The notes under the pieces are model-generated. The model did not search any database. It saw only the letters and a program-made list of their open reading frames with translations, and had not been told where the DNA came from. Shown here in pieces: positions 31,805 to 40,654 of a stretch of DNA of 64,000 bases. This DNA is from Paracoccaceae bacterium (lineage in GTDB: Bacteria > Pseudomonadota > Alphaproteobacteria > Rhodobacterales > Rhodobacteraceae). Both the position numbers and the translations under genes were made by a program. Location of the stretch: contig JBMTQO010000007.1 in assembly GCA_049446275.1 (NCBI GenBank), positions 2,286 through 66,285 of the forward strand. Reading direction: 5' to 3'. Each line of letters opens with the position of its first letter. The stretch's first letter is position 1.

Positions 31805-32625
31805 TCATCCTCTCCAAAAATGCTTGGACCCGTCATTACATTGATGCCACCAGACACTGGAATGATTGCCCCCGTGATGTAGGAACCACCGGCGCCACAT
31901 AGGAATTGCATACACGCTGCAATATCCTCTGGACGCCCAACGCGGCCCAATGGCACACGTTCTCCAACACGATCTACTCCGCTATCTTCTCCAATCGCGA
32001 ATTTGGTCATACCTGACTGAAATGGACCAGGTGCCAATGCATTTACCGTGATATGTTGATCAGCAAGTTCTTTCGCCAAAATCCTAGTCATTTGATGTAC
32101 CGCAGCCTTTGATGTCGCGTATGAATAGGCACCATCGCCCATCGGAATTTCACCCATCACTGATCCTACATGCACGACGCGTGCAGGATCATCAGGCGTT
32201 GACGATCCTGCCAATTTACTGATTAAAAGCTGTGTTAAATGAAACATTCCAGCTACATTTAGATCAAAGACCTTTGCCCAAGCACTATGGGGAAATGCTC
32301 CCAGTGGCGCACCCCAAGTGCGGCCCGCGTTATTCATCAAAATATGCAGTTTGTCAGTTTTGGCGTCTAAGTCTCTGATTAACCGCTCGATGCCGTCTTC
32401 TGTGCCAACATCACCCTGCATGGCATACACCCTGCCAGCGAAACCCAATCTATTGATTTCATCGGCAGTTGCGCGACACGCTTCGATTTTCCGCGATGCG
32501 ATAAAAACATCTGCACCAGCCGCTACAATTGCTGTTGTCGCCATCCGCCCAATGCCAGTGGCCCCACCAGTGACCAGAGCCGTTTTCCCATTCAATCCAA
32601 AAAGCGCAGTTGGAGTCATGTTCAT
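31801..32625 (-). CDS. Short-chain dehydrogenase/reductase (RhlG-like)
   Basis: TGGATGIG, NNAG.TWGAPL, YATSK catalytic motif, VNALAPGPF. Confidence 0.9.
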   Translation of the reverse strand: MNMTPTALFGLNGKTALVTGGATGIGRMATTAIVAAGADVFIASRKIEACRATADEINRLGFAGRVYAMQGDVGTEDGIERLIRDLDAKTDKLHILMNNAGRTWGAPLGAFPHSAWAKVFDLNVAGMFHLTQLLISKLAGSSTPDDPARVVHVGSVMGEIPMGDGAYSYATSKAAVHQMTRILAKELADQHITVNALAPGPFQSGMTKFAIGEDSGVDRVGERVPLGRVGRPEDIAACMQFLCGAGGSYITGAIIPVSGGINVMTGPSIFGEDE

Positions 32626-32771
32626 TCCTTTCGTTTCCAAAACTATGAAAAAACAATCCAACATGGTCTAGTAGGTTGTTTATCGCCGTAACGTCATCTT
32701 CCTATTCGGCAAGAGTTGCGAAGGACTTAAAACCCACGTATGTCAGTTAAAACTAAGCAAAAAGGTTTTGA

Positions 32772-33386
32772 ATGTTGGCAAACCACGTCTACCAAGGTGA
32801 CTTACCTGACAATTTGGATTTAGGATCCGTCGTTGCAATCGATTGTGAAACATTGGGTCTAAAGCCATATCGTGATCGTTTATGCGTCGTGCAATTATCT
32901 GGCGGTGACGGTATTGCGCATCTTGTCCAGATTGCCAAAGGACAAACATCTGCCCCAAATCTGTGCAAATTGCTAGAGGATTCAAACGTTCTAAAATTAT
33001 TCCACTTTGGTCGATTTGATATCGCAGTGATGTATCATGCATTCGGCACCCTCACCGCACCAGTTTATTGCACAAAAATCGCAAGCAAGTTGGTACGTAC
33101 CTATACCGATAGGCATGGGTTGAAAAACCTGCTTCACGAATTGTTAGATGTCGACATTTCTAAACAACAACAATCCAGTGATTGGGGTGCTGATAAGCTT
33201 TCTGATGCCCAAGTATCTTACGCGGCCTCAGACGTGCTCTATCTCCATCGTTTGCGCGACGTCTTGAATAAAAGGTTGGAACGAGAAGAACGCGCCGAAA
33301 TCGCGCAAGCCTGTTTCGATTTTCTACCGCAGCGCGCATTGCTTGATTTAAAGGGATGGCCTGACGAAGATATCTTCTCGCATTAA
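32772..33386 (+). CDS. rnd: Ribonuclease D-like 3'-5' exonuclease (short form)
   Basis: DEDDy motifs AIDCET, FHFGRFD, SDW, YAASDV. Confidence 0.9.
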   Translation: MLANHVYQGDLPDNLDLGSVVAIDCETLGLKPYRDRLCVVQLSGGDGIAHLVQIAKGQTSAPNLCKLLEDSNVLKLFHFGRFDIAVMYHAFGTLTAPVYCTKIASKLVRTYTDRHGLKNLLHELLDVDISKQQQSSDWGADKLSDAQVSYAASDVLYLHRLRDVLNKRLEREERAEIAQACFDFLPQRALLDLKGWPDEDIFSH

Positions 33387-33392
33387 AGAACA

Positions 33393-33998
33393 ATGGCGGG
33401 TCGTAAATTGACATATTCACAAACTATTTTTGTTGTGAAGATCATTCTGCCCGCACTTGCAATCCTACTAATCATTAGTGTTTTTGCATTATCACGTGGG
33501 CAAACCGCTCAAAATAACTTGCCCTTTTCTGTTCGTGAAATTAGCAAGCGACTAAGCGATCAGGCTATCACAAACCCTCTTTATATCGGTTCGACACAAA
33601 ACGGCACTGAAGTCAGGGTATCCGCCGAAAGGCTGGTACCCGCACAAGGCGATCAACAAGTTGCGACTTTTACGACCGTCCGTGCAGACTTTATTGATGA
33701 CCAAATTTCCCTGGTCAGAATTACAGCAAACGAAGCACACCTAGACACAGCAGGAAAAACCATTGAGTTCGTTGGTGATGTTGTGATGACCGATAGTGAT
33801 ATGCGACAGGTGAGTGCTACAAAATTGATCATAAATCACGACACAACCGTTTCTATCTTTAATGGAAAAGTACTTTTACTTGATAGAAATAACTCAATCG
33901 CATCCGAGAGATTGGAGGTATTTCGCCAATCTTCCACTTCGCCTCGTAGATTTGTTTTTACTGACAACGTGAAACTGTTGTACAATCCTGAGCAATAA
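33393..33998 (+). CDS. lptC: LPS export protein LptC
   Basis: Single N-terminal TM (KIILPALAILL), beta-rich periplasmic domain; upstream of lptA-lptB. Confidence 0.78.
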   Translation: MAGRKLTYSQTIFVVKIILPALAILLIISVFALSRGQTAQNNLPFSVREISKRLSDQAITNPLYIGSTQNGTEVRVSAERLVPAQGDQQVATFTTVRADFIDDQISLVRITANEAHLDTAGKTIEFVGDVVMTDSDMRQVSATKLIINHDTTVSIFNGKVLLLDRNNSIASERLEVFRQSSTSPRRFVFTDNVKLLYNPEQ

Positions 33999-34013
33999 CG
34001 AGTTGGACACTTT

Positions 34014-34496
34014 ATGACTTTTCTTCGCACAATATTGGTTCTGATTTTCACGACCACATTCGTCGTAGCCCAAGATATTTCGGGACAATTCGGATCGTTG
34101 GCCGAAGACAGCAATCGACCGATTGAGGCGCAGGCTGACAAAATGGAAATCGACGAAGCAACTGGGCAAATACAGATGTCGGGAACAGTTGAAATCGTTC
34201 AAGGATTAACCAAATTGACCGCTGCATTCGTTCGGATTGAATACACCGAGGATCAAAATAACATAAAAACAATTTATGCATCTGGATCTGTCTATTTAGA
34301 AAGTTCTGGTGACGTCGCCAAAGGTGACGAAGCGACGTATCACTTGTCTGAAAAGATGATTCATCTACATGGTAACGCAATGCTTCTACAGCAGAACAAC
34401 ACGCTGAATGCTGAAAACATTAAATTGAACACAGAAACTGGATCAGCTGTGATGACAGGTCGCGTGTCCACGACGTTAATCCCAGGGGGTAATTGA
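34014..34496 (+). CDS. lptA: LPS transport periplasmic protein LptA (OstA domain)
   Basis: Signal peptide, PIEAQADKMEID, G.V.IVQG, GRV.T.L. Confidence 0.87.
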   Translation: MTFLRTILVLIFTTTFVVAQDISGQFGSLAEDSNRPIEAQADKMEIDEATGQIQMSGTVEIVQGLTKLTAAFVRIEYTEDQNNIKTIYASGSVYLESSGDVAKGDEATYHLSEKMIHLHGNAMLLQQNNTLNAENIKLNTETGSAVMTGRVSTTLIPGGN

Positions 34497-35257
34497 CGTT
34501 GACCGAAACAACATTAAACGAAGTGTCATCAGATTCTGGCCTAACCATTAAAGGCCTAAGAAAAAGTTACAAAAAACGCACCGTGATTCATGATGTATCC
34601 ATGCAACTGCATCGTGGTGAAGTTGTTGCATTGCTGGGGCCAAATGGTTCAGGCAAAACAACAACTTTTTATTCGATTGCAGGTTTGGTCAATCCAGATG
34701 GAGGCCAAGTCAAAGTTGATGGTGTCGATGTCACTACACTACCCATGTATCGGCGCGCAAGACTTGGCATTGGGTATCTACCACAAGAGGTTTCGATTTT
34801 CCGTGGGCTAAGTGTAGAAGATAACATTTCAGCGATCTTGGATGTGTCAGAGCCAGACCGGCACACGCGCCGTGAGCGACTGGAAGAGTTACTTGGCGAA
34901 TTTTCAATTGAACACTTACGAAGAACGTCCGCTGTCGCGTTATCTGGCGGAGAACGCCGACGCGTTGAAATTGCGAGAGCCCTAGCTGCAAAGCCCAAAT
35001 ATTTATTGTTGGACGAACCCTTCGCTGGCGTAGATCCGATTTCAGTCAGTGACATTCGTGATTTGGTTGCTGATCTAAAAACGCGTGATATTGGAGTGCT
35101 AATTACAGATCACAATGTGCGAGAAACTTTGGAAATCGTGGATCGAGCGTATATCCTACATGATGGAAAAGTTCTCATGTCTGGCACGGCAGACGAAGTT
35201 GTTTCAGATGCAAACGTAAAACGTGTTTACCTAGGCGATAATTTTAAAATCGTTTGA
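34493..35257 (+). CDS. lptB: LPS export ABC transporter ATP-binding protein
   Basis: GPNGSGKTT, GIGYLPQE.SIFR, DEPFAGVDPI, TDHNVRETL, YLG. Confidence 0.96.
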   Translation: MTLTETTLNEVSSDSGLTIKGLRKSYKKRTVIHDVSMQLHRGEVVALLGPNGSGKTTTFYSIAGLVNPDGGQVKVDGVDVTTLPMYRRARLGIGYLPQEVSIFRGLSVEDNISAILDVSEPDRHTRRERLEELLGEFSIEHLRRTSAVALSGGERRRVEIARALAAKPKYLLLDEPFAGVDPISVSDIRDLVADLKTRDIGVLITDHNVRETLEIVDRAYILHDGKVLMSGTADEVVSDANVKRVYLGDNFKIV

Positions 35258-35285
35258 TGTATGTCACAAAAATTTGATCTTAAGG

Positions 35286-35450
35286 TTGACACAAGGCCAC
35301 TTCGTCGCCTTCTATGAATGTGTAGAGAAGTTTTCTAAGCGAGTCTCTTGCTAAGAAAACGGATGTAAACATCCCCTCTTGTTCTCTGCCATTTCCTGAT
35401 ACGGACGTCCACTACGCCCGCCATGTAGTGATGCCTTTGGGCAAGTGGTT
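35286..35450 (+). ncRNA. Candidate structured 5' leader RNA of hpf/raiA, preceded by a TTGACA -35 box
   Basis: Nested stems read by eye: 35322-35329/35382-35389, 35330-35343/35347-35360, 35361-35365/35370-35374, 35410-35415/35425-35430, 35389-35394/35443-35448. No family assignment. Confidence 0.45.
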
Positions 35451-35477
35451 GCTTCGTGAATTATTAAAGGAGTTACA

Positions 35478-36041
35478 ATGCGTTATCAAATTTCTGGAAT
35501 GCATATCGATATCGGTCAAGCCCTACAAACCCATGTCAAAAATGAACTTGATGATGCGGTCATCAAATACGCCGAACGACCGACTGACGCAAATGTCGTA
35601 TTTTCAAAAAGCGGCCATGAATATGTGTGTGAAACAACGGTACATTTATCGACTGGCCTAACTGCACAGGCCAAAGCGTCTAATCCAGAAATATATTCCG
35701 CATTTGATAGCTGCTGCGAGAAAATGGAAAAACAACTGCGCCGTTACAAACGCAGATTAAAAGATCATCACAAAGAACGACTAAACCCAGTTGAACTCTT
35801 GGAAGCTTCCTCGTATATCCTCGCCTCAGATGACGCAAACGAGGATTCGGAGCCCGATTCACTGCAGCCCATAATCATCGCTGAGATGGAGACAAAAATT
35901 CCCTCTATCTCTGTTGGCGAAGCGGTTATGCAGCTTGAATTATTAGGCGCTCCGTTTTTAGTTTTTAAGAACGAAGGCAAACAGAGCGTAAATGTCGTTT
36001 ACCGTCGCGATGACGGAAACGTAGGTTGGATAGAACCATAA
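35478..36041 (+). CDS. hpf: Ribosome hibernation promoting factor (long HPF/RaiA)
   Basis: MRYQISG.HIDIG.AL, KMEKQLRRYKRRLKDHH, C-terminal NVVYRRDDGNVGWI; AAGGAG RBS. Confidence 0.94.
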   Translation: MRYQISGMHIDIGQALQTHVKNELDDAVIKYAERPTDANVVFSKSGHEYVCETTVHLSTGLTAQAKASNPEIYSAFDSCCEKMEKQLRRYKRRLKDHHKERLNPVELLEASSYILASDDANEDSEPDSLQPIIIAEMETKIPSISVGEAVMQLELLGAPFLVFKNEGKQSVNVVYRRDDGNVGWIEP

Positions 36042-36079
36042 AACCTATCTATAGTTACGCTGAGGGGAATTGAGTTTCT

Positions 36080-36544
36080 ATGGAATTGTTTGATTTGCTA
36101 AAGCCTGAAGCGGTACGGGTAATCACCGCCGCTTCGAGCAAAAAACGACTTTTGCAAGATGTGAGTGAAGTTGCAAATATTGCGTACGGGTTTGAGCAGT
36201 CACTAATATTGGACGCACTCGTTGAACGTGAGTCATTGGGTCCAACAGGTGTTGGCAATGGCGTTGCACTTCCTCACGCTCGCCTCGCAGCTGCAAGCCG
36301 CGTATGTGGGACATTTGTCTTGCTTGAAAAGCCAGTGGATTTTGGTGCAGCTGATCGCCAACCAGTCGACATCGTATTTTCACTGTTTGCGCCTGAAAAC
36401 GCGGGTGTTGAACATCTAAAGGCGTTAGCTCTTGTGTCTCGAACACTGCGCGATAATGGCATCTGTTCTAAACTACGCGCGAACACAGACCCTGGAACAT
36501 TGTATACGATTTTGACCGAAGCTTATCGTACTCAGGCCGCATAA
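36080..36544 (+). CDS. ptsN: PTS IIA nitrogen-regulatory protein
   Basis: RESLGPTGVGNGVALPHAR, D.QPVD, HLKALA. Confidence 0.95.
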   Translation: MELFDLLKPEAVRVITAASSKKRLLQDVSEVANIAYGFEQSLILDALVERESLGPTGVGNGVALPHARLAAASRVCGTFVLLEKPVDFGAADRQPVDIVFSLFAPENAGVEHLKALALVSRTLRDNGICSKLRANTDPGTLYTILTEAYRTQAA

Positions 36545-36791
36545 TCACCAACCCAAAAATTACTGTAAATCGCCTTTACTTTGGATTTTAAGGCTCGGTA
36601 ATAAACTTAGTCAAACGTCAAAGCTAATGAAGGCTTAGAGTGATCAACGAATGATATTGTGGGTTGCAGTTGGGTTTATACGATGAATGCAAACGCTAAT
36701 AGCAACTCATTTCACCAAAAAATTATGGTAGGTGGCACAATTTGAGCCATAATTGCTAAGCAAGCAAAAAACACGGTTCGGACCCCATGGA

Positions 36792-37583
36792 TTAACGCAA
36801 TTCAACCTTTGGTGACATGACTATAAAGAAGGGGTTTTCAAACCCATCTTTGCCATATGTCAGCGGGGCATGTGTGTCAAAACACAGAACCTGACCACCA
36901 GCTCCCAAAACAACCGCATGACCGGCTGCTGTATCCCATTCCATAGTACGCCCCAGTCGAGGATAAAAATCTGCTTCACCTGAGGCAACCAAGCAGAATT
37001 TGAGCGATGATCCTGCCCCAGTCATATCTTTTATCTGGTATTTTGAAATGTAGTTATCTGTTGCCTGATTACGGTGGGACTTGGAAGCAACAATTGTCAG
37101 AGCCGAATTATCGGCCTCACTCACGGAAAGTTTAATGGTTTCACCAATCTGCCCAACCCGATGGCCTCCCAATTCTTCAACCGTCTGACCATTTTCATCT
37201 GTATAAAACAATCGACCGATCGCAGGTGCATAAACAACACCCAAGGTGGGAACTCCATTCTCAACAAGTGCGATATTCACCGTGAATTCACCGCGACGGT
37301 TTATAAATTCTTTAGTTCCGTCCAAAGGATCTACAATGAAAAATGTCTTGGCGGTTATGTTATGGGTTTCAGCCTGCTCTTCCGTGACAACCGCGATATT
37401 AGGGAAAGAGGCCTTTAAACTCGCATAAATAATGTCATCGGCAGCGCGATCGGCTCGTGTGACAGGGCTATCATCGGACTTGGTATCCACTCCAAAATCA
37501 CCCGAACCATAAACATGCATGATTTCTAGACCCGCTTTCAAAGCAGTATCGCGAATGATTGGCACTGTATTTGAGTAATCCAA
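36792..37583 (-). CDS. cysQ: 3'(2'),5'-bisphosphate nucleotidase
   Basis: K.DDSPVT.AD, VDPLDGTKEF, GSSLKFC, MEWDTAAG. Confidence 0.95.
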   Translation of the reverse strand: MDYSNTVPIIRDTALKAGLEIMHVYGSGDFGVDTKSDDSPVTRADRAADDIIYASLKASFPNIAVVTEEQAETHNITAKTFFIVDPLDGTKEFINRRGEFTVNIALVENGVPTLGVVYAPAIGRLFYTDENGQTVEELGGHRVGQIGETIKLSVSEADNSALTIVASKSHRNQATDNYISKYQIKDMTGAGSSLKFCLVASGEADFYPRLGRTMEWDTAAGHAVVLGAGGQVLCFDTHAPLTYGKDGFENPFFIVMSPKVELR

Positions 37584-37706
37584 TTTGCAACTCCTTTTAA
37601 TTAATTCCCTCGTTACCGTTTAATAAGAAAGGCAGCGGGCTTACTCTGTGCTCAATAAATGGAGAGTTTTCCGCCGTAATCGTGCAAGGACTAATTAAGG
37701 CAACTC

Positions 37707-38446
37707 ATGTTTGCAACGACTAAAGAATGATCATCGTTTTGCTCTGCGCTGGATTTGTCACTTCTGGTCTTCCACAACGCGTTTAGGAAAATTCGCCCGT
37801 CGTATCGTATTCCATTGATTTCTATCTTTTCGTCGATTTTGCGCACCATGTCATTCGTACTGGCATTTCCATTAATTTTCGACATGTTGGGAATGCGCGG
37901 TGTTTTCTTACTCCAAGTCCGCGCCCAAACGGTAGGTGGCGTTTCAGGTAGAAAAAGTTTCACATCGCCTACGATGTAACATACAGCAATGAAAACAATC
38001 ATCAGTCTGTGCGCTGCGTTGATCTCTACTCTGTATACATGGGTCGTGGCCTAGAGCTGTATATTGCTTGTTTACGATGTCAGGGTATCGTTTCACTCGC
38101 GTGAGGGTAAGGGTGCGCAATTAACATTACTGTGTATGCATTCAAGCCTCGAGTTCCTAGGTTTATTGGTATTACGGAAACCGCATACCAGTATGCTAAT
38201 CTGCTAGAAACATATAAAATATTTGTTGCAAATACTCTGCCCAGTACAACGCCGACTATCTTCGATTGGGCCCTGTCATTTTATGTGATTGACCAAGTAC
38301 ATGATTAAACGTTCATCAACTACCTGCCGCGCAACATCAATCTAGACCATCCGTTAAAACTGATACTTGCTCATGTATTCAATGGCTTAATCGCGCAATA
38401 TAAAATAAACAAACGCGTGTTGAAATGCTGGACGGCTGTTGGCTAA
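37707..38446 (+). pseudogene. Decayed KpsM/ABC-2-type polysaccharide export permease
   Basis: Reading through stops gives MFATTKE*SSFCSALDLSLLVFHNAFRKIR...FVLAFPLIFDMLGMRG, TSPTM*HTAMKTIISLCAALISTLY and YQYANLLETYKIFVANTLP...FDW...VIDQVHD*TFINYLPRN. These match the recalled Roseobacter permease (FVANTLP..MFDWNPL..IDQ.RG..F.NY.PRN) that lies divergent from cysQ. Confidence 0.8.
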
Positions 38447-38532
38447 ATTTCGATATGCTGAATTTTTACCCCAGAAAATTTATCGTGTAAGTTTAATTTC
38501 ACCAATTAACCCAGAAACTACATGCCCCAACG

Positions 38533-38562
38533 CTTGCAGTTGCTTAAATGCCTGCCTATATA
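38533..38562 (+). promoter_or_regulatory. RpoH (sigma32)-type heat-shock promoter of dnaK
   Basis: CTTG-N18-CCTATATA, matching the alphaproteobacterial RpoH consensus CTTG-N17/18-CYTATNT. Confidence 0.7.
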
Positions 38563-38672
38563 CCCGCTGTCGTGGTTTGAACGTTCAAAAAGTCCAGACA
38601 TACGATAACGCGACGCAAATGCCATAACGGGTTCGCGTTGCATGACATCGCCTAATTAAGAAAGGGATCAAA

Positions 38673-40583
38673 ATGGGAAAAGTTATTGGTATCGATCTAG
38701 GTACTACAAACAGCTGTGTTGCTATCATGGATGGCTCTCAACCTCGTGTGATTGAAAACGCAGAAGGTGCACGCACAACGCCGTCAATCGTTGCCTTCGC
38801 AAATGATGAACGCCTCGTAGGTCAGCCTGCAAAACGTCAGGCCGTTACAAACCCATCAAACACAGTGTTTGGTGTGAAACGTTTGATTGGCCGCCGCGTG
38901 GATGACGCAGATTTGGCAAAAGACCTGAAGAACCTCCCCTACAACGTTATCAACGGTGGTAACGGTGATGCTTGGGTTGAGGCACACGGCGAAAAGTATT
39001 CTCCTTCACAAATTTCTGCTTTCACGTTGCAAAAGATGAAAGAGACAGCCGAAAGTTATTTGGGTGAAGAGGTCACACAGGCCGTAATCACAGTGCCTGC
39101 GTATTTTAACGATGCGCAGCGTCAGGCAACAAAAGATGCGGGTAAAATCGCGGGTCTAGAAGTACTGCGTATCATCAACGAGCCGACAGCCGCTGCCTTG
39201 GCCTATGGTTTGGACAAAAAAGAAACAAAAACAATCGCAGTTTATGACCTTGGCGGTGGTACATTCGACGTGACCATCTTGGAAATCGATGACGGTCTAT
39301 TTGAAGTAAAATCAACGAATGGTGACACATTCCTGGGTGGTGAAGACTTTGACATGCGCATCGTCAACTATCTTGCGGAAGAGTTCAAAAAAGAAAATGG
39401 CGTTGATCTGACACAAGACAAAATGGCCCTTCAGCGTTTGAAAGAAGCCGCGGAAAAGGCCAAGATAGAATTATCATCTGCAAGTCAAACTGAGATCAAC
39501 CAGCCGTTCATCTCAATGGACGGTGCAACTGGCCAGCCGCTACACTTGGTTCTTAAGCTGACTCGTGCAAAGCTAGAATCTTTAGTTGGCGATCTGATCA
39601 AGGCGTCAATCAAGCCTTGTCAGGCAGCATTGAAGGACGCGGGACTTACAACATCAGATATCGACGAAGTCGTCTTGGTCGGCGGTATGACGCGTATGCC
39701 AAAGGTAATGGAAGAAGTGTCCAAGTTCTTTGGCAAAGAACCACATAAGGGCGTGAACCCTGATGAAGTTGTCGCCATGGGCGCGGCAATTCAGGCAGGT
39801 GTTTTGCAGGGCGATGTCAAAGATGTTGTTCTGCTTGATGTAACCCCATTATCGTTGGGTATCGAAACCTTGGGTGGCGTATTCACACGTCTGATTGACC
39901 GTAACACAACGATCCCAACAAAAAAATCACAGGTGTTCTCAACAGCTGAAGATAACCAAAACGCTGTAACAATTCGCGTTTTCCAAGGCGAACGCGAAAT
40001 GGCCGCTGATAACAAAATCTTGGGCCAATTCAACCTAGAAGACATCCCACCAGCACCGCGTGGTATGCCACAGATCGAAGTGACCTTTGACATTGACGCA
40101 AACGGCATCGTGTCCGTATCTGCGAAAGACAAGGGAACAGGCAAAGAGCAAAACATTACGATCCAAGCCTCAGGTGGATTGTCAGATGATGACATCGATC
40201 GCATGGTTCGCGAAGCTGAAGAAAACGCAGATGCGGATAAGGCACGTCGCGAATTGATAGAAGCCAGGAATCAGGCGGAAAGCTTGATACACGCAACTGA
40301 AAAATCAATCGAAGAGCATGGCGATAAGGTTGATCCATCCACGATCGAAGCGATTGAATTGGCAGTTGCAGCGTTGAAGGACGAGCTTGAGAATGAAAAT
40401 GCCGATAAAATTAAGTCTGGCATTCAGAACGTAACCGAAGCGTCCATGCGCCTAGGTGAAGCGATCTACAAAGCAAGCCAAGAAGGCGATGATCAAAGTC
40501 CAATGGATATGGGCCATGAGGACAGCGGGGATGATGACATCCTTGATGCGGACTTTGAGGACCTCGGCGACGACAAACGCTAA
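38673..40583 (+). CDS. dnaK: Chaperone DnaK (Hsp70)
   Basis: [36 protein letters not shown]. Confidence 0.98.
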   Translation: MGKVIGIDLGTTNSCVAIMDGSQPRVIENAEGARTTPSIVAFANDERLVGQPAKRQAVTNPSNTVFGVKRLIGRRVDDADLAKDLKNLPYNVINGGNGDAWVEAHGEKYSPSQISAFTLQKMKETAESYLGEEVTQAVITVPAYFNDAQRQATKDAGKIAGLEVLRIINEPTAAALAYGLDKKETKTIAVYDLGGGTFDVTILEIDDGLFEVKSTNGDTFLGGEDFDMRIVNYLAEEFKKENGVDLTQDKMALQRLKEAAEKAKIELSSASQTEINQPFISMDGATGQPLHLVLKLTRAKLESLVGDLIKASIKPCQAALKDAGLTTSDIDEVVLVGGMTRMPKVMEEVSKFFGKEPHKGVNPDEVVAMGAAIQAGVLQGDVKDVVLLDVTPLSLGIETLGGVFTRLIDRNTTIPTKKSQVFSTAEDNQNAVTIRVFQGEREMAADNKILGQFNLEDIPPAPRGMPQIEVTFDIDANGIVSVSAKDKGTGKEQNITIQASGGLSDDDIDRMVREAEENADADKARRELIEARNQAESLIHATEKSIEEHGDKVDPSTIEAIELAVAALKDELENENADKIKSGIQNVTEASMRLGEAIYKASQEGDDQSPMDMGHEDSGDDDILDADFEDLGDDKR

Positions 40584-40600
40584 GGAATTGATCGAACGAA

Positions 40601-40629
40601 GCGCCGGCCTGATCACACCAGGTCGGCGC
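40601..40629 (+). other. Intercistronic GC-rich hairpin between dnaK and dnaJ (no U-tract)
   Basis: GCGCCGGCCTG-ATCACAC-CAGGTCGGCGC. Confidence 0.6.
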
Positions 40630-40654
40630 AAGTATTCTGAAGGAGGCGCAATCG

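Noticed and set aside
35258-35477. Absence of rpoN between lptB and hpf as a novelty
   Set aside because: As I recall, rpoN is usually absent from this position in Rhodobacteraceae, and I saw no rpoN remnant.
37691-38002. 103-aa minus-strand ORF as a novel gene
   Set aside because: It lies antisense to the kpsM-like pseudogene and has no recognisable motif.
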